This document shows positions 29,684 through 39,437 of a stretch of DNA of 64,000 nt, one piece after another. The DNA comes from Sulfurimonas sp. GTDB taxonomy: Bacteria > Campylobacterota > Campylobacteria > Campylobacterales > Sulfurimonadaceae. Location of the stretch: positions 7,198 through 71,197 of the forward strand of contig NZ_JALOAN010000010.1 of assembly GCF_023228785.1 (NCBI RefSeq). The letters run 5' to 3'. Below the pieces are notes generated by a model, which saw only the letters and a list, made by a program, of their open reading frames with translations, searched no databases and was not told the origin of the DNA. The position numbers and the translations under genes were made by a program. Each line of letters opens with the position of its first letter. Position 1 is the first letter of the stretch.

Positions 29684-31126
29684 TTATATAAAATTAGGTG
29701 CATCATTAGCAAAAAGTATGATGTCTCCTGACGCAGTTTGAGATGCTAATAGATCTTGGATCTTTGACTTGTCGCTTAGCATGATTTTCTTTTTAACATT
29801 TATGTTTTTCTCAAAGAGTTTTGCGTTTAGTGCGCCTGTGACAATGACTATGTCAAAAACTCTGTTTATCTCTTTAATTAGCTCTAAATTCAACTCTTCA
29901 CTGCTCTCAACAAGACCTGGAGTTACTATAACTTTTCTTCCGCTATGAAGTGAACATAGTCTGATGCTTTCTTTCATTCCATCTATGTTTCCATTATATC
30001 CATCATCTAGGATGATTTTTCCGCCTGCTACTATCTTTTGTAGTCTATGTTGTACTGGATCTAGCTTTGCTACAGCTTTAACTATCTCTTCTTGACTTAG
30101 TCCAAAAGTCTTAGCAATTTGTACAGCTACTTCTATGTTGTTTGCTTGAAATGATCCTAGTACATTAGTGTGAAGTTTTAAGACTTCATCATCTAATTTC
30201 ATCCGAAATGTAGTTCCTTCAAGAGTTGCCTCCACCTTTGAGATCCCATCACCAAAAAAAGTGACTCTCTCATGTGGTTCATCTGTTACAGAGTTGTGTA
30301 TGTAAGCCTTTTTAAGTCTAGGAGATTGCATGATCTCAAGCTTAGTAGCTATAATGTTTTTTAAAGATTTAAAGTACTCTATATGAGCTTCTCCAACTTT
30401 GCCAACAACTACAACTTGAGGCTCTAAAAAGCTTGTTATCTCAAAGATATCCCCAATCTCTCTAGCTCCAGCTTCACAGATATAAACTTCTGTATCATCT
30501 GGTAGTGACTCATTTACATCACGCATGATGCCACCTATTGTATTTACACTTCTTGGAGTTGCATGGACTCTATACTTTTGTGAGAGTATCTGAGTTACAA
30601 AGTTTTTTATGCTTGTTTTTCCATAACTTCCCGTAATACAAATAACTTCTAGATCTTTTATAGAGTTTAACTTCTTTTTTGCTTCTTTATAAAATGCCAT
30701 AAAAAGAAACTTCTCTATCACGACACTACCGATATAAGCAAGTGCTAAAGGCATAATAACGCCATAAACTTCACAAGCGTCTTTTAGTGTACAAAGTACA
30801 TTTTGAAAAAGAGTCAAAGAGACCAATAGTATAAGAAATCTTTTAACGCGCCATGTAAGAACAAGCTGTTTATCTAACTTTTTATGCCAAACAAATGTTG
30901 CAGGAAGAAGTGCGAAATAAAAGAAGATTGGGAAAAACTGAGCTGTTGTATAGTAAGCAATAAATGGAACTAAAAAGTAGATAATATGCCAGTGTGGTTT
31001 GTGATGTTTGAGTACTACTCTTGAGAGTTTATAATCATACCATTGCAGGTTTGTTATAAGATACCAACCCAAAGTTGTAACAAGCAAAACATTTGTGACA
31101 AAGGTTAAAAGTAACATAAAGTCCAT
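29684..31126 (-). CDS. murF: UDP-N-acetylmuramoyl-tripeptide--D-Ala-D-Ala ligase (Campylobacterales MurF with N-terminal TM region)
   Basis: ITGSYGKTSIK P-loop, CEAGARE, ILDDGYNGN; adjacent to ddl. Confidence 0.85.
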   Translation of the reverse strand: MDFMLLLTFVTNVLLVTTLGWYLITNLQWYDYKLSRVVLKHHKPHWHIIYFLVPFIAYYTTAQFFPIFFYFALLPATFVWHKKLDKQLVLTWRVKRFLILLVSLTLFQNVLCTLKDACEVYGVIMPLALAYIGSVVIEKFLFMAFYKEAKKKLNSIKDLEVICITGSYGKTSIKNFVTQILSQKYRVHATPRSVNTIGGIMRDVNESLPDDTEVYICEAGAREIGDIFEITSFLEPQVVVVGKVGEAHIEYFKSLKNIIATKLEIMQSPRLKKAYIHNSVTDEPHERVTFFGDGISKVEATLEGTTFRMKLDDEVLKLHTNVLGSFQANNIEVAVQIAKTFGLSQEEIVKAVAKLDPVQHRLQKIVAGGKIILDDGYNGNIDGMKESIRLCSLHSGRKVIVTPGLVESSEELNLELIKEINRVFDIVIVTGALNAKLFEKNINVKKKIMLSDKSKIQDLLASQTASGDIILFANDAPNFI

Positions 31127-31863
31127 TATTTATGCTCCAAAGTTTGTAAAAAAACATTTTCAATCTCTTGTGATACTTCTTTTGCATGTTTCATAAAAAA
31201 GTAGTGATCACCATCATATATTTTTAGAGTTGAATCACTTAATAGCTTTTGCATTGTGTGAGCAATACTAAGTGGAGTAGCTGTGTCTTTATCTCCCCAA
31301 CATAGAAGTGTCTTTGCATTACTAGATCTAAAGTCATCACTTAGATCTTCGTCTACTACATTTTTAAAAGTCTGATACATCGGCTCACTAAGACTCTTTG
31401 CATCCTCAGCCACAAAAAGTGATCGAAGCTTTTTAAGTCCTAAGAGTTTAAAGAGTTTATATATAGCAATCTTTGCTTGTATCTTTAATGGTTTAGCTAC
31501 TCTAATCCCAGTGCTTCCAACAAGAACAAGAACCTTAGGCTCAAGCAAAAGTGCTACCTTTCCACCAAAAGAGTGACCTAATATGATATCTTTTGAAGCG
31601 TTTATATGAATCATAAAAAGTTCAACTATTCTTGCATAGTCTTTAGTTTCAAGTGCAACACTAGAGGTACTCTTACCAAATCCTGGCAGATCTATATAGA
31701 TATGACGAAAGGTGTCCATATAAGGTGCAAATGAGCCTTTCATTAGCTCTTTATTACTCCCCCAACCAGGTAAGATTATCAAATCAATTGGTGCTTCAGG
31801 GTTAAGTATCTCATAACTTATATCAAAAGTGTGCTGATTGTACTGCAAGGACTTTAGAGCCAT
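31126..31863 (-). CDS. Alpha/beta hydrolase
   Basis: DLPGFG, GHSFGG nucleophile elbow, WGDKD, GDHYFF. Confidence 0.9.
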   Translation of the reverse strand: MALKSLQYNQHTFDISYEILNPEAPIDLIILPGWGSNKELMKGSFAPYMDTFRHIYIDLPGFGKSTSSVALETKDYARIVELFMIHINASKDIILGHSFGGKVALLLEPKVLVLVGSTGIRVAKPLKIQAKIAIYKLFKLLGLKKLRSLFVAEDAKSLSEPMYQTFKNVVDEDLSDDFRSSNAKTLLCWGDKDTATPLSIAHTMQKLLSDSTLKIYDGDHYFFMKHAKEVSQEIENVFLQTLEHK

Positions 31864-32900
31864 TATTTACCTTTTGCCTTAGATATGGAATGAATATAAT
31901 CGTAGTTTGTTTTTGCTCTTCTTTGAGTTGGAAGTGATGAGGCAAGAAGTTCTAGTGAGGCTTCAAAATCATTAAAAAGGTAGTTAGCCATAGATCCTGG
32001 AATTGGGTTTATCTCGTTTAAATATACTTCTGAGTTTAAAACAAAAAAGTCACATCTAATAAGCGCACCCTCAAAAAGGTTTTTGTAGATCTTCTCAAAA
32101 GTTGATTTTAATTTCATCTCAATATTTGAGTTAAGTTCTGCTTTTGATACACTCTCTGAGCGAGAAAAATCCATATATTTTTTCTCAAAATCTAAAAATT
32201 CATTTTTTTGAGGTTCTTCTATTATAGAGAAATGGAACTCTCCTTTTGCCATAAAACCAGCTAAGTTATACTCTTTTATACCACACATAAAAGGTTCGAT
32301 AATAACTGACTTATCAAATTCAAAAGCGACATCTAAAGCGTAGTCTAACTCGCTCTCTTCTTTTACAATACTAACACCGATGGAGCTTCCAAGTCTTGCT
32401 GGTTTTACGATGATTGGGTAACTCATATTTATGTTTTTATGTTCATTTGATGAGAGGACTTCATACTCTATAGTTTTTATCTTTTTAGCTGCACAAAGCC
32501 ATTTTGTGTATCTCTTATCATAAGAAAAAACACTTGAATCTACTCTAGGACCAATATATTTTATATCATAAAAATCAAGCAAAGAAGCGATAGTTCCATC
32601 TTCTCCATCAGCTCCATGGATAAGGTTTAAAACAACACCGGCATGCTTAGTTGAACCAAACATACTCTTTTGTTCAAAATAGCCATTTGTAAGACTTACT
32701 TGTGGCATATTTTTATGTTCACCTTTAGAAAATGTGTTAGCCTTCATCTTTGATGAATCTATGAGATAAAACTTATGATCTTGATCACAAAATATAAAAC
32801 TTAACTCATAAGTTGATAGTTTTTCTCTTAAAGTTATAGCACTTACTATGCTAATTTCATGTTCAAAACTAGCCCCGCCAAATAATATTGTTAATTTCAA
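31863..32900 (-). CDS. ddl: D-alanine--D-alanine ligase
   Basis: FGGASFEHEISIVS, IHGADGEDG, KPARLGSSIGV, NEINPIPGS. Confidence 0.95.
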   Translation of the reverse strand: MKLTILFGGASFEHEISIVSAITLREKLSTYELSFIFCDQDHKFYLIDSSKMKANTFSKGEHKNMPQVSLTNGYFEQKSMFGSTKHAGVVLNLIHGADGEDGTIASLLDFYDIKYIGPRVDSSVFSYDKRYTKWLCAAKKIKTIEYEVLSSNEHKNINMSYPIIVKPARLGSSIGVSIVKEESELDYALDVAFEFDKSVIIEPFMCGIKEYNLAGFMAKGEFHFSIIEEPQKNEFLDFEKKYMDFSRSESVSKAELNSNIEMKLKSTFEKIYKNLFEGALIRCDFFVLNSEVYLNEINPIPGSMANYLFNDFEASLELLASSLPTQRRAKTNYDYIHSISKAKGK

Positions 32901-33232
32901 AATATTTCCTTGTATTTTTCTTCATCCCAGCCAACAATAACACCATCTTTATACTCGATGATAGGTCTTTTAAAAAGCATATTTTCTTTACAAAGCCACT
33001 CTCTTTTTGCATCTGCATCAAGATTTAGATCTTTAAGTTTTAGGGTTCTATATTTTGTACCACGGCTGTTAAAAAGTGTATCAATATCTTCGTGTTTAAG
33101 CCAATAATCTAGCTCTTTGCAGCCTACAGAAACTTTTTTAAAATCAACAAATTCTACTTCAATATCGTTGTCTTTAAAGAACTTTCTCGCACTTCTAACA
33201 CTACCACAAGTTGGTATGCCATATAGTTTCAT
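32897..33232 (-). CDS. ArsC/Spx/YffB family thioredoxin-fold protein
   Basis: YGIPTCGSVRSARKF, LFNSRG, LFKRPII, VGWD. Confidence 0.85.
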   Translation of the reverse strand: MKLYGIPTCGSVRSARKFFKDNDIEVEFVDFKKVSVGCKELDYWLKHEDIDTLFNSRGTKYRTLKLKDLNLDADAKREWLCKENMLFKRPIIEYKDGVIVGWDEEKYKEIF

Positions 33233-33269
33233 AGTTATAAATCCTTGTTTTAAAACCCGAATTATAGCA

Positions 33270-33836
33270 TTAAATAGTTTGAAGTAGTTTTAGAGCTTCT
33301 TTAACAAGTAGTGAAGTATCTTCGCTAGAGCATGAACTAAGTGCTTTGGAGATTTTATCTTTTTTAAATCCTAGCGCTTGGAGTGCCTCACTAGCTTCAT
33401 TGAAGGCTTTAGTTTTTGGAACTTGTTCTGATGACATAAGTTCTGCATCAAATCCACTAAGCTCTACTAAAATACGCCCTGCACTCTTAGGTCCAATGCC
33501 CGGGACTTTTTTTACGCCATTTATATCTTTGTTGTTTACAAGAGTTGCAAATTGATTTGGAGTGTAGGTTGAACAGATCGCAGTTGCGACTTTAGGTCCA
33601 ACTCCGCTTATTTTTATAAGCCTTTCAAACATCTTCTTCTCTGCCATATCTAAAAATCCAAAAAGAAGTTGTGCATCTTCACGAACTATGTGTCTTGTAA
33701 ATAGTTTTGTTTCATCATTACCTATTGCTGAGAAAGTGTGAAGAGAGATAAAAACTTCATAAACTACTCCGCCTACATCGATATGAACCAAACTCGGCTC
33801 TTTATGTACGATACTTCCGCTTAAACCTACTATCAT
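33270..33836 (-). CDS. ruvA: Holliday junction branch migration protein RuvA
   Basis: VGGVVYEV, VREDAQLLFGF, ISGVGPK, VPGIGPKSA, ALQALGF. Confidence 0.96.
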   Translation of the reverse strand: MIVGLSGSIVHKEPSLVHIDVGGVVYEVFISLHTFSAIGNDETKLFTRHIVREDAQLLFGFLDMAEKKMFERLIKISGVGPKVATAICSTYTPNQFATLVNNKDINGVKKVPGIGPKSAGRILVELSGFDAELMSSEQVPKTKAFNEASEALQALGFKKDKISKALSSCSSEDTSLLVKEALKLLQTI

Positions 33837-35744
33837 CTACTCTTTTACCGCCTCTATTTTATATATTCCATCGTCTGATTCTACTATTGCAAATATTTTA
33901 TCAGGTGAGCCCTCAGCTGGTTTAAAAGCAACTTCTATTGGTGGATCTACTAACCTAAATATAATCTCATTGTGTCCCACCCATCTGTCTCTGTTTATAA
34001 TTCTTGCATTAAAAATATTATCTTGAAAAGATGCAGTTTTTGTTGTTAAGAGAGCTAAATAATCTTTTTTGGATGAGTATTCTTTTTTGATCTTAACTAG
34101 ATGTTCTTTTGCTTTTTTAAACTTGTTATACTGTTTTACGAAAGAAGATGGCATCTTTACATTGTTCTTTTTATAATGAACAAGTCGTCGTCTTACATCA
34201 TCAAAACTGGCTTTATTCTTTTGAACTACCTCTGTATATTGTTCTATCTCTTGCTTTATGCTTTTTACATTTTTTTCTAACTTTGAAATATCTTCTTTAT
34301 TTTGCTTAAGACCTTCTTTAACAGACCCCTTAAGCAGTGGATCTATCGTAAAAATATTTTCACTACCTTGAAGTTTTTTAATCTCTATAAATCTTGATGC
34401 AGTCGCATTAACATAAGAGCCACAACTTTGTATAGTTATCTCTTTTGCTCTTATGTTTCCGCCTACACTTTGAACAATATCAACAACTTCTGCATCAACT
34501 TCTCCATGTTCTAGTCTTGTTATATAAACTTTTTTACCAAAAGCCTTTCCCTTATGAACATTTATGCGTAGGTCATCTGCTTTTACACTCGCAGTTTTGT
34601 GGGTTTGTCCACCAACTCTTGCCTTTACTGCTATAACTTGAGCGTTTGGTCCAACATTTCCTTCTATCTCTATCTCACTGACTTCAACTTTCATACCAGT
34701 TCCAATAGCATCTTTCATAACATCACTCTCTGTAACACTAATGCTTACATCAGAGTCAAGACCAGCTGAGATATTACCAGTAGATTTAAAACTAATCTCA
34801 TCTACATCTATGTCAGATTTTATAGTATAAGAATTTCCATCCAAAACAACATATCCATTCTCAACAGCTTTATATTCTATTTTAGAATCACTATTTATTA
34901 CTTCAATGGTATTGTCCGTGCTGAAATTTGGAGTGTTTGATTCTAGAGGTTCTCTTGGGTCTAAAAACTCACCTCTACAGTTTCGTCCAGCTTTTCCTTT
35001 TTTTGCTTTTATATACTCTATAAGAAGTTCACCTTTTTTAACACTCTTTATAAAGCCTCTATTTGCGTAGTTTACCTTCTCTTGTTCACCGACTTTTTGT
35101 TTTTTTTCATAATGAAGTATCAAAGCATCATTTTGTGTAAGTATAGGTTCATAAGACTCTGCCACAAGGTGCATTTCACTTTTTTCATACTTTGCACTTT
35201 CTTGAACTCTAACATAAGCTGCTATTTTTGAGACAACATTTTCAACCATAGAATCAAAAACTTTTATAAGAATGTTTGCACGAACTTTACTCTTGTCTAT
35301 AAGAGTACGCAGATCTTGTTCAAGATTTTTGTTATATGAGAGTTGTGAGTCTTCTTTTATGCTTAGATAAACTTTACACTTAGTAGCATTAGCACCTATT
35401 GCTAGATGAAAATCTTGGTATGGATCGTTTGGTAGTTTAGAAAAAACTTCGATCTCGTACATCTGTTTTATACCAAAGTATTTGTTGAGTAGGTTTTTTT
35501 CAGTTAGTAGAGTTTCTAGTTCGCCATCAGTAGCTTCTTCCCAATCAACTTCTTCATTCTCTTTGTTTACTCTTGTGTATGTTTGAACATCTAACACATT
35601 AAAATCAATAGAGTGAATATTTACATCATTACTTTTTGCAATAGAGATGAGCTCTTTTGCAACGTTTTGTGTTCGCACAACGGTTGGGCGAATTTTAGTT
35701 TGTGATGATTGAGTATCTTTTTTGCCTAAAGCAAAGATTGCCAT
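33837..35744 (-). CDS. fapA: Flagellar assembly protein A (DUF342/FapA)
   Basis: VKKGELLIEYIKAKKGKAGRNCRGE, VDEISFKSTGNI, beta-helix region, C-terminal coiled coil. Confidence 0.75.
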   Translation of the reverse strand: MAIFALGKKDTQSSQTKIRPTVVRTQNVAKELISIAKSNDVNIHSIDFNVLDVQTYTRVNKENEEVDWEEATDGELETLLTEKNLLNKYFGIKQMYEIEVFSKLPNDPYQDFHLAIGANATKCKVYLSIKEDSQLSYNKNLEQDLRTLIDKSKVRANILIKVFDSMVENVVSKIAAYVRVQESAKYEKSEMHLVAESYEPILTQNDALILHYEKKQKVGEQEKVNYANRGFIKSVKKGELLIEYIKAKKGKAGRNCRGEFLDPREPLESNTPNFSTDNTIEVINSDSKIEYKAVENGYVVLDGNSYTIKSDIDVDEISFKSTGNISAGLDSDVSISVTESDVMKDAIGTGMKVEVSEIEIEGNVGPNAQVIAVKARVGGQTHKTASVKADDLRINVHKGKAFGKKVYITRLEHGEVDAEVVDIVQSVGGNIRAKEITIQSCGSYVNATASRFIEIKKLQGSENIFTIDPLLKGSVKEGLKQNKEDISKLEKNVKSIKQEIEQYTEVVQKNKASFDDVRRRLVHYKKNNVKMPSSFVKQYNKFKKAKEHLVKIKKEYSSKKDYLALLTTKTASFQDNIFNARIINRDRWVGHNEIIFRLVDPPIEVAFKPAEGSPDKIFAIVESDDGIYKIEAVKE

Positions 35745-35815
35745 AACTACCTACCAAATAATTTTTATAATATATTTTAATCTAATCTTTGTTAAACTTT
35801 CGTAAATTTAACACA

Positions 35816-35842
35816 ATATCGGCAAATTTGCGACAATTTTGA
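35816..35842 (-). promoter_or_regulatory. Putative sigma28 promoter for fapA
   Basis: Minus strand TCAA-N15-GCCGATAT, about 70 bp upstream of the fapA start. Confidence 0.6.
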
Positions 35843-35859
35843 GACAAAGTAGACTTTTT

Positions 35860-37260
35860 ATGTTTAAATCCATTTTTACAAATAGCTTTGGAATACTCTT
35901 CTCTAGAATATTAGGTTTTTTAAGAGACTTGCTTACTGCATCCACTTTAGGTGCGAGTGTATATAGCGATATTTTCTTTATAGCATTTAAGCTACCAAAC
36001 CTTTTTCGCAGAATTTTTGCAGAAGGTGCATTTACTCAAGTCTTCATTCCAGCCTATGCCAATTCAAAGCATAGATCTATATTTTCAGCAAATATATTTC
36101 TGATTTTTTTATCAATAATTCTTATAATAACTTTACTTGTAAACATCTTACCATCTCTTGCCACTCAAACCATAGCAATAGGTTTTGATGATGATACCAT
36201 AAAGCTTGCTTCACCTTTTGTAGCTATAAACTTTTGGTATCTTCCTATTATCTTTATAGTCACTTTTTTAAGCACGATGCTTCAATACAAAAAACATTTT
36301 GCAACAACAGCATTTTCAACTGCACTGCTAAATATTTCTCTTATATTAGCTCTATATCTATCACAAGACAAATCTCAACTAGAGATAGTTTACTACCTTA
36401 GTTTTGGTGTAGTTATAGGCGGAATATTACAGCTAATCGCTCACTTTATAGCTATGCATAAACTTGGTCTACTTAAACCTTTGTATGGTGGATTTAAGTA
36501 TATAAAACTAAAGTCACATCATATAAAAGAAGAGTCCAAAAAGTTTAAAAAACAATTTTTTCCTGCGATGTGGGGTAATTCTACACCACAAGTTAGTGCT
36601 TTTTTAGACACTATCTTGGCATCATTTTTAGTAACTGGATCTATTAGTTATCTCTACTATGCAAACCGAATCTTTCAACTCCCACTAGCTCTCTTTGCGA
36701 TTGCTACTTCTATAGCACTCTTTCCAAGTGTGGCTAGATATATAAAAAACAAGCAAAACCGTGAAGCTAGAGCTTATATGAAAAAGGCTTTTTGGTTTTT
36801 AACATTTTTACTAAGTGCTAGTACCATAGGCGGAATCATACTCTCTCATGAAATCGTTTGGCTCTTGTTTGAGAGAGGTTCATTTAATGCACAAGACACC
36901 ATAAACTCAAGTCTTGTTTTACAAATGTATATGATAGGACTCTTACCTCTTGGACTCCAAAAACTCTTTTTACTTTGGTTATATGCAAATGAGCAACAAC
37001 TTCACGCCGCTAAAATAGCAACATTTTCACTTCTTTTCTACATCGTATTTGCATTAACACTTATAACTCCAATGGGAGCTGCAGGCTTAGCTCTTGCTGG
37101 AACGATAAGCGGTTTTGTAGGATTTACTCTAACCATAAAAGCTTTTGGCACAAAAGACTTCTTAGCAATGCTAGGCTTAAAAAACATCCTCTATCTTATA
37201 TCTGGATCTATAGTTTTTGGTCTCCTACTTTTAACTTTGAAGAGTTTTATAAACTTGTAA
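35860..37260 (+). CDS. murJ: Lipid II flippase MurJ (MviN)
   Basis: SRILGFLRD, AFKLPNLFRRIFAEGAF, YYANRIFQLP; start at ATG 35860 (MFKSIF). Confidence 0.95.
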   Translation: MFKSIFTNSFGILFSRILGFLRDLLTASTLGASVYSDIFFIAFKLPNLFRRIFAEGAFTQVFIPAYANSKHRSIFSANIFLIFLSIILIITLLVNILPSLATQTIAIGFDDDTIKLASPFVAINFWYLPIIFIVTFLSTMLQYKKHFATTAFSTALLNISLILALYLSQDKSQLEIVYYLSFGVVIGGILQLIAHFIAMHKLGLLKPLYGGFKYIKLKSHHIKEESKKFKKQFFPAMWGNSTPQVSAFLDTILASFLVTGSISYLYYANRIFQLPLALFAIATSIALFPSVARYIKNKQNREARAYMKKAFWFLTFLLSASTIGGIILSHEIVWLLFERGSFNAQDTINSSLVLQMYMIGLLPLGLQKLFLLWLYANEQQLHAAKIATFSLLFYIVFALTLITPMGAAGLALAGTISGFVGFTLTIKAFGTKDFLAMLGLKNILYLISGSIVFGLLLLTLKSFINL

Positions 37261-37277
37261 AACCCTTCCTCACACCA

Positions 37278-37381
37278 ACCACTTCACCACTTCACCACTT
37301 CACCACTTCACCACTTCACCACTTCACCACTTCACCACTTCACCACTTCACCACTTCACCACTTCACCACTTCACCACTTC
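37278..37381. repeat. Perfect octanucleotide microsatellite (ACCACTTC)x13
   Basis: 13 exact tandem copies counted, starting 17 bp after the murJ stop. Confidence 0.97.
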
Positions 37382-37411
37382 CCATTGCAACCACCACTTC
37401 GTAACTCCATT

Positions 37412-37925
37412 CAACACTACGTCATTCCGTCAACACTACGTCATTCCGTGCTTGACACGGAATCTCATAAGGCTTTTAAAGCCTACTTAACTTTCTAAAA
37501 CACATGAGATCCTGAATCAAGTTCAGGATGACGAAGACGCACGAGATCCTGAATCAAGTTCAGGATGACGAAGAGACATGAGATCTTCAGGATGACGAAG
37601 AACACCAACCCCTACGTCATTCCGTGCTTGACACGGAATCTCATAAGGCTTTTAAAGCCTACTTAACTTTCTAAAGCACACGAGATCCTGAATCAAGTTC
37701 AGGATGGCGAAGACGCATGAGATCCTGAATCAAGTTCAGGATGACGAAGAGACATGAGATCTTCAGGATGACGAAGACACATGAGATCCTGAATCAAGTT
37801 CAGGATGACGAAGACGCACGAGATCCTGAATCAAGTTCAGGATGACGAAAGGCATCAGATCTTCAGGATGACGAAGAACACCAACCCCTACGTCATTCCG
37901 TGCTTGACACGGAATCTCATAAGGG
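37412..37925. repeat. BIME-like mosaic of CGTC-tagged REPs, locus 2
   Basis: REP-A on plus at 37439, 37615, 37891; REP-B on minus at 37507, 37544, 37683, 37720, 37784, 37821; 10-bp-deleted REP-B at 37581, 37757, 37857; conserved linkers. Confidence 0.93.
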
Positions 37926-37964
37926 CTTAAAAAATATTCCTACTCTTAAATCACTATGTCTATG

Positions 37965-37973
37965 TGCTATAAT
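37965..37973 (+). promoter_or_regulatory. Extended -10 promoter (TGCTATAAT) for cysS
   Basis: TGnTATAAT 30 bp upstream of ATG 38004. Confidence 0.65.
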
Positions 37974-38003
37974 TCAACACAACTTAAACAAAAAGATTTT
38001 TAT

Positions 38004-39404
38004 ATGAAAATTTACGATTCACAACAAAAAACAAAACGAGAATTTATTCCTCAAGAAAAAAACAATGTAACACTATATGTTTGCGGTCCAACAGTTTATG
38101 ATGATGCTCACTTAGGTCATGCAAAGAGTGCTTTAGTTTTTGATCTCCTTTGTAGAGTTTTGCGTGCAAATGGCTACGAGGTTACTTATGCTAGAAACAT
38201 CACCGATATTGATGATAAGATCATCAAAAAAGCACAAGAACAAAACAAAACCATAAAAGAGATAACAGAGTTTTATACCTCGGCTTATCATGAAGAAATG
38301 GCTGAGCTTGGAGTTATGAGACCAGATATAGAGCCAAAAGCAACAGAATCAATAGATACGATGATAGAGTTTATCCAAAAACTCATAGATAAAAATCACG
38401 CTTATAAAACAGAAGATGGCGATGTCTATTTTGACACTTCAAGCGATAAAGAGTACCTAAGTCTCTCAAAAAGAGTTCAAGAAGAAGATGACAAACAACA
38501 TAGAGTTGAGAGTTCATCACAAAAGAGAAATAGTTCTGATTTTGCCCTTTGGAAGAGCGTAAAAGATGGAAGCGTTACATTTGACTCTCCATATGGTAAA
38601 GGTCGTCCAGGTTGGCATCTTGAGTGTTCGGCTATGATAGAAAAGCATCTTATGAAGCCTAACTTAGAATTTAGTGTAGATATTCACGGTGGTGGAGCAG
38701 ATCTACTATTTCCTCACCATGAAAACGAAGCTGCTCAGACTAGATGTGCAACAGATCACACACTAGCCGCTTACTGGATGCACAATGGTTTTGTAAACAT
38801 AGATGGACAGAAGATGTCAAAAAGTTTAGGCAATAGCTTTTTTCTCAAAGATGCACTAAAAGAGTACGATGGAGAAGTTCTTCGTTTTTATCTTTTAAGC
38901 ACCCACTACAGAAGTAATTTCAACTTTAACACGCAAGATCTAGATCTTGCAAAAAAAAGACTTGACAAGATCTACAGACTAAAAAAACGACTCTTTGGAT
39001 TAAGCCAAGCAAACGATAAAAGTGAGTTTAAAGATGCTCTACTACAGGCTCTAAGCGATGATATGAACATCTCTTTGGCACTAAGTTTAATAGATGAGAT
39101 GATCTCAAATACAAACGAGACTCTTGATAGTGCTGGTAAACATAAAGAACTAAAAAAAGAGGCTATGTCAAACCTTACTTTCATTGAAGAGATCTTAGGT
39201 TTTGGAGTTAAAAACCCTTACGAATATTTCCAATATGGATTAGATGGAACAACTAAAGAGAAACTCTCAGTCCTTATCGCAAAAAGAGATGAGGCAAAAA
39301 AAGCAAAAGATTTTGCAACTTCAGACCAGATAAGAGACGAGATCTTAGCCTTTGGAGTAAACATAATGGACACCCCACAAGGTACATTTTGGGAGAAAGT
39401 TTAA
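38004..39404 (+). CDS. cysS: Cysteine--tRNA ligase
   Basis: YVCGPTVYD, HLGH, GRPGWHLECSAM, HGGGADLLFPHHENE, KMSKS; start at ATG 38004 (MKIYD). Confidence 0.97.
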   Translation: MKIYDSQQKTKREFIPQEKNNVTLYVCGPTVYDDAHLGHAKSALVFDLLCRVLRANGYEVTYARNITDIDDKIIKKAQEQNKTIKEITEFYTSAYHEEMAELGVMRPDIEPKATESIDTMIEFIQKLIDKNHAYKTEDGDVYFDTSSDKEYLSLSKRVQEEDDKQHRVESSSQKRNSSDFALWKSVKDGSVTFDSPYGKGRPGWHLECSAMIEKHLMKPNLEFSVDIHGGGADLLFPHHENEAAQTRCATDHTLAAYWMHNGFVNIDGQKMSKSLGNSFFLKDALKEYDGEVLRFYLLSTHYRSNFNFNTQDLDLAKKRLDKIYRLKKRLFGLSQANDKSEFKDALLQALSDDMNISLALSLIDEMISNTNETLDSAGKHKELKKEAMSNLTFIEEILGFGVKNPYEYFQYGLDGTTKEKLSVLIAKRDEAKKAKDFATSDQIRDEILAFGVNIMDTPQGTFWEKV

Positions 39405-39437
39405 AGCTTTATTATGGTGGAAAATAATATGGCTTTG

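Noticed and set aside
37439-37917. CRISPR array
   Set aside because: Repeats occur in both orientations, the intervening sequences are about 10 bp or are themselves repeated, and no cas genes are in the window
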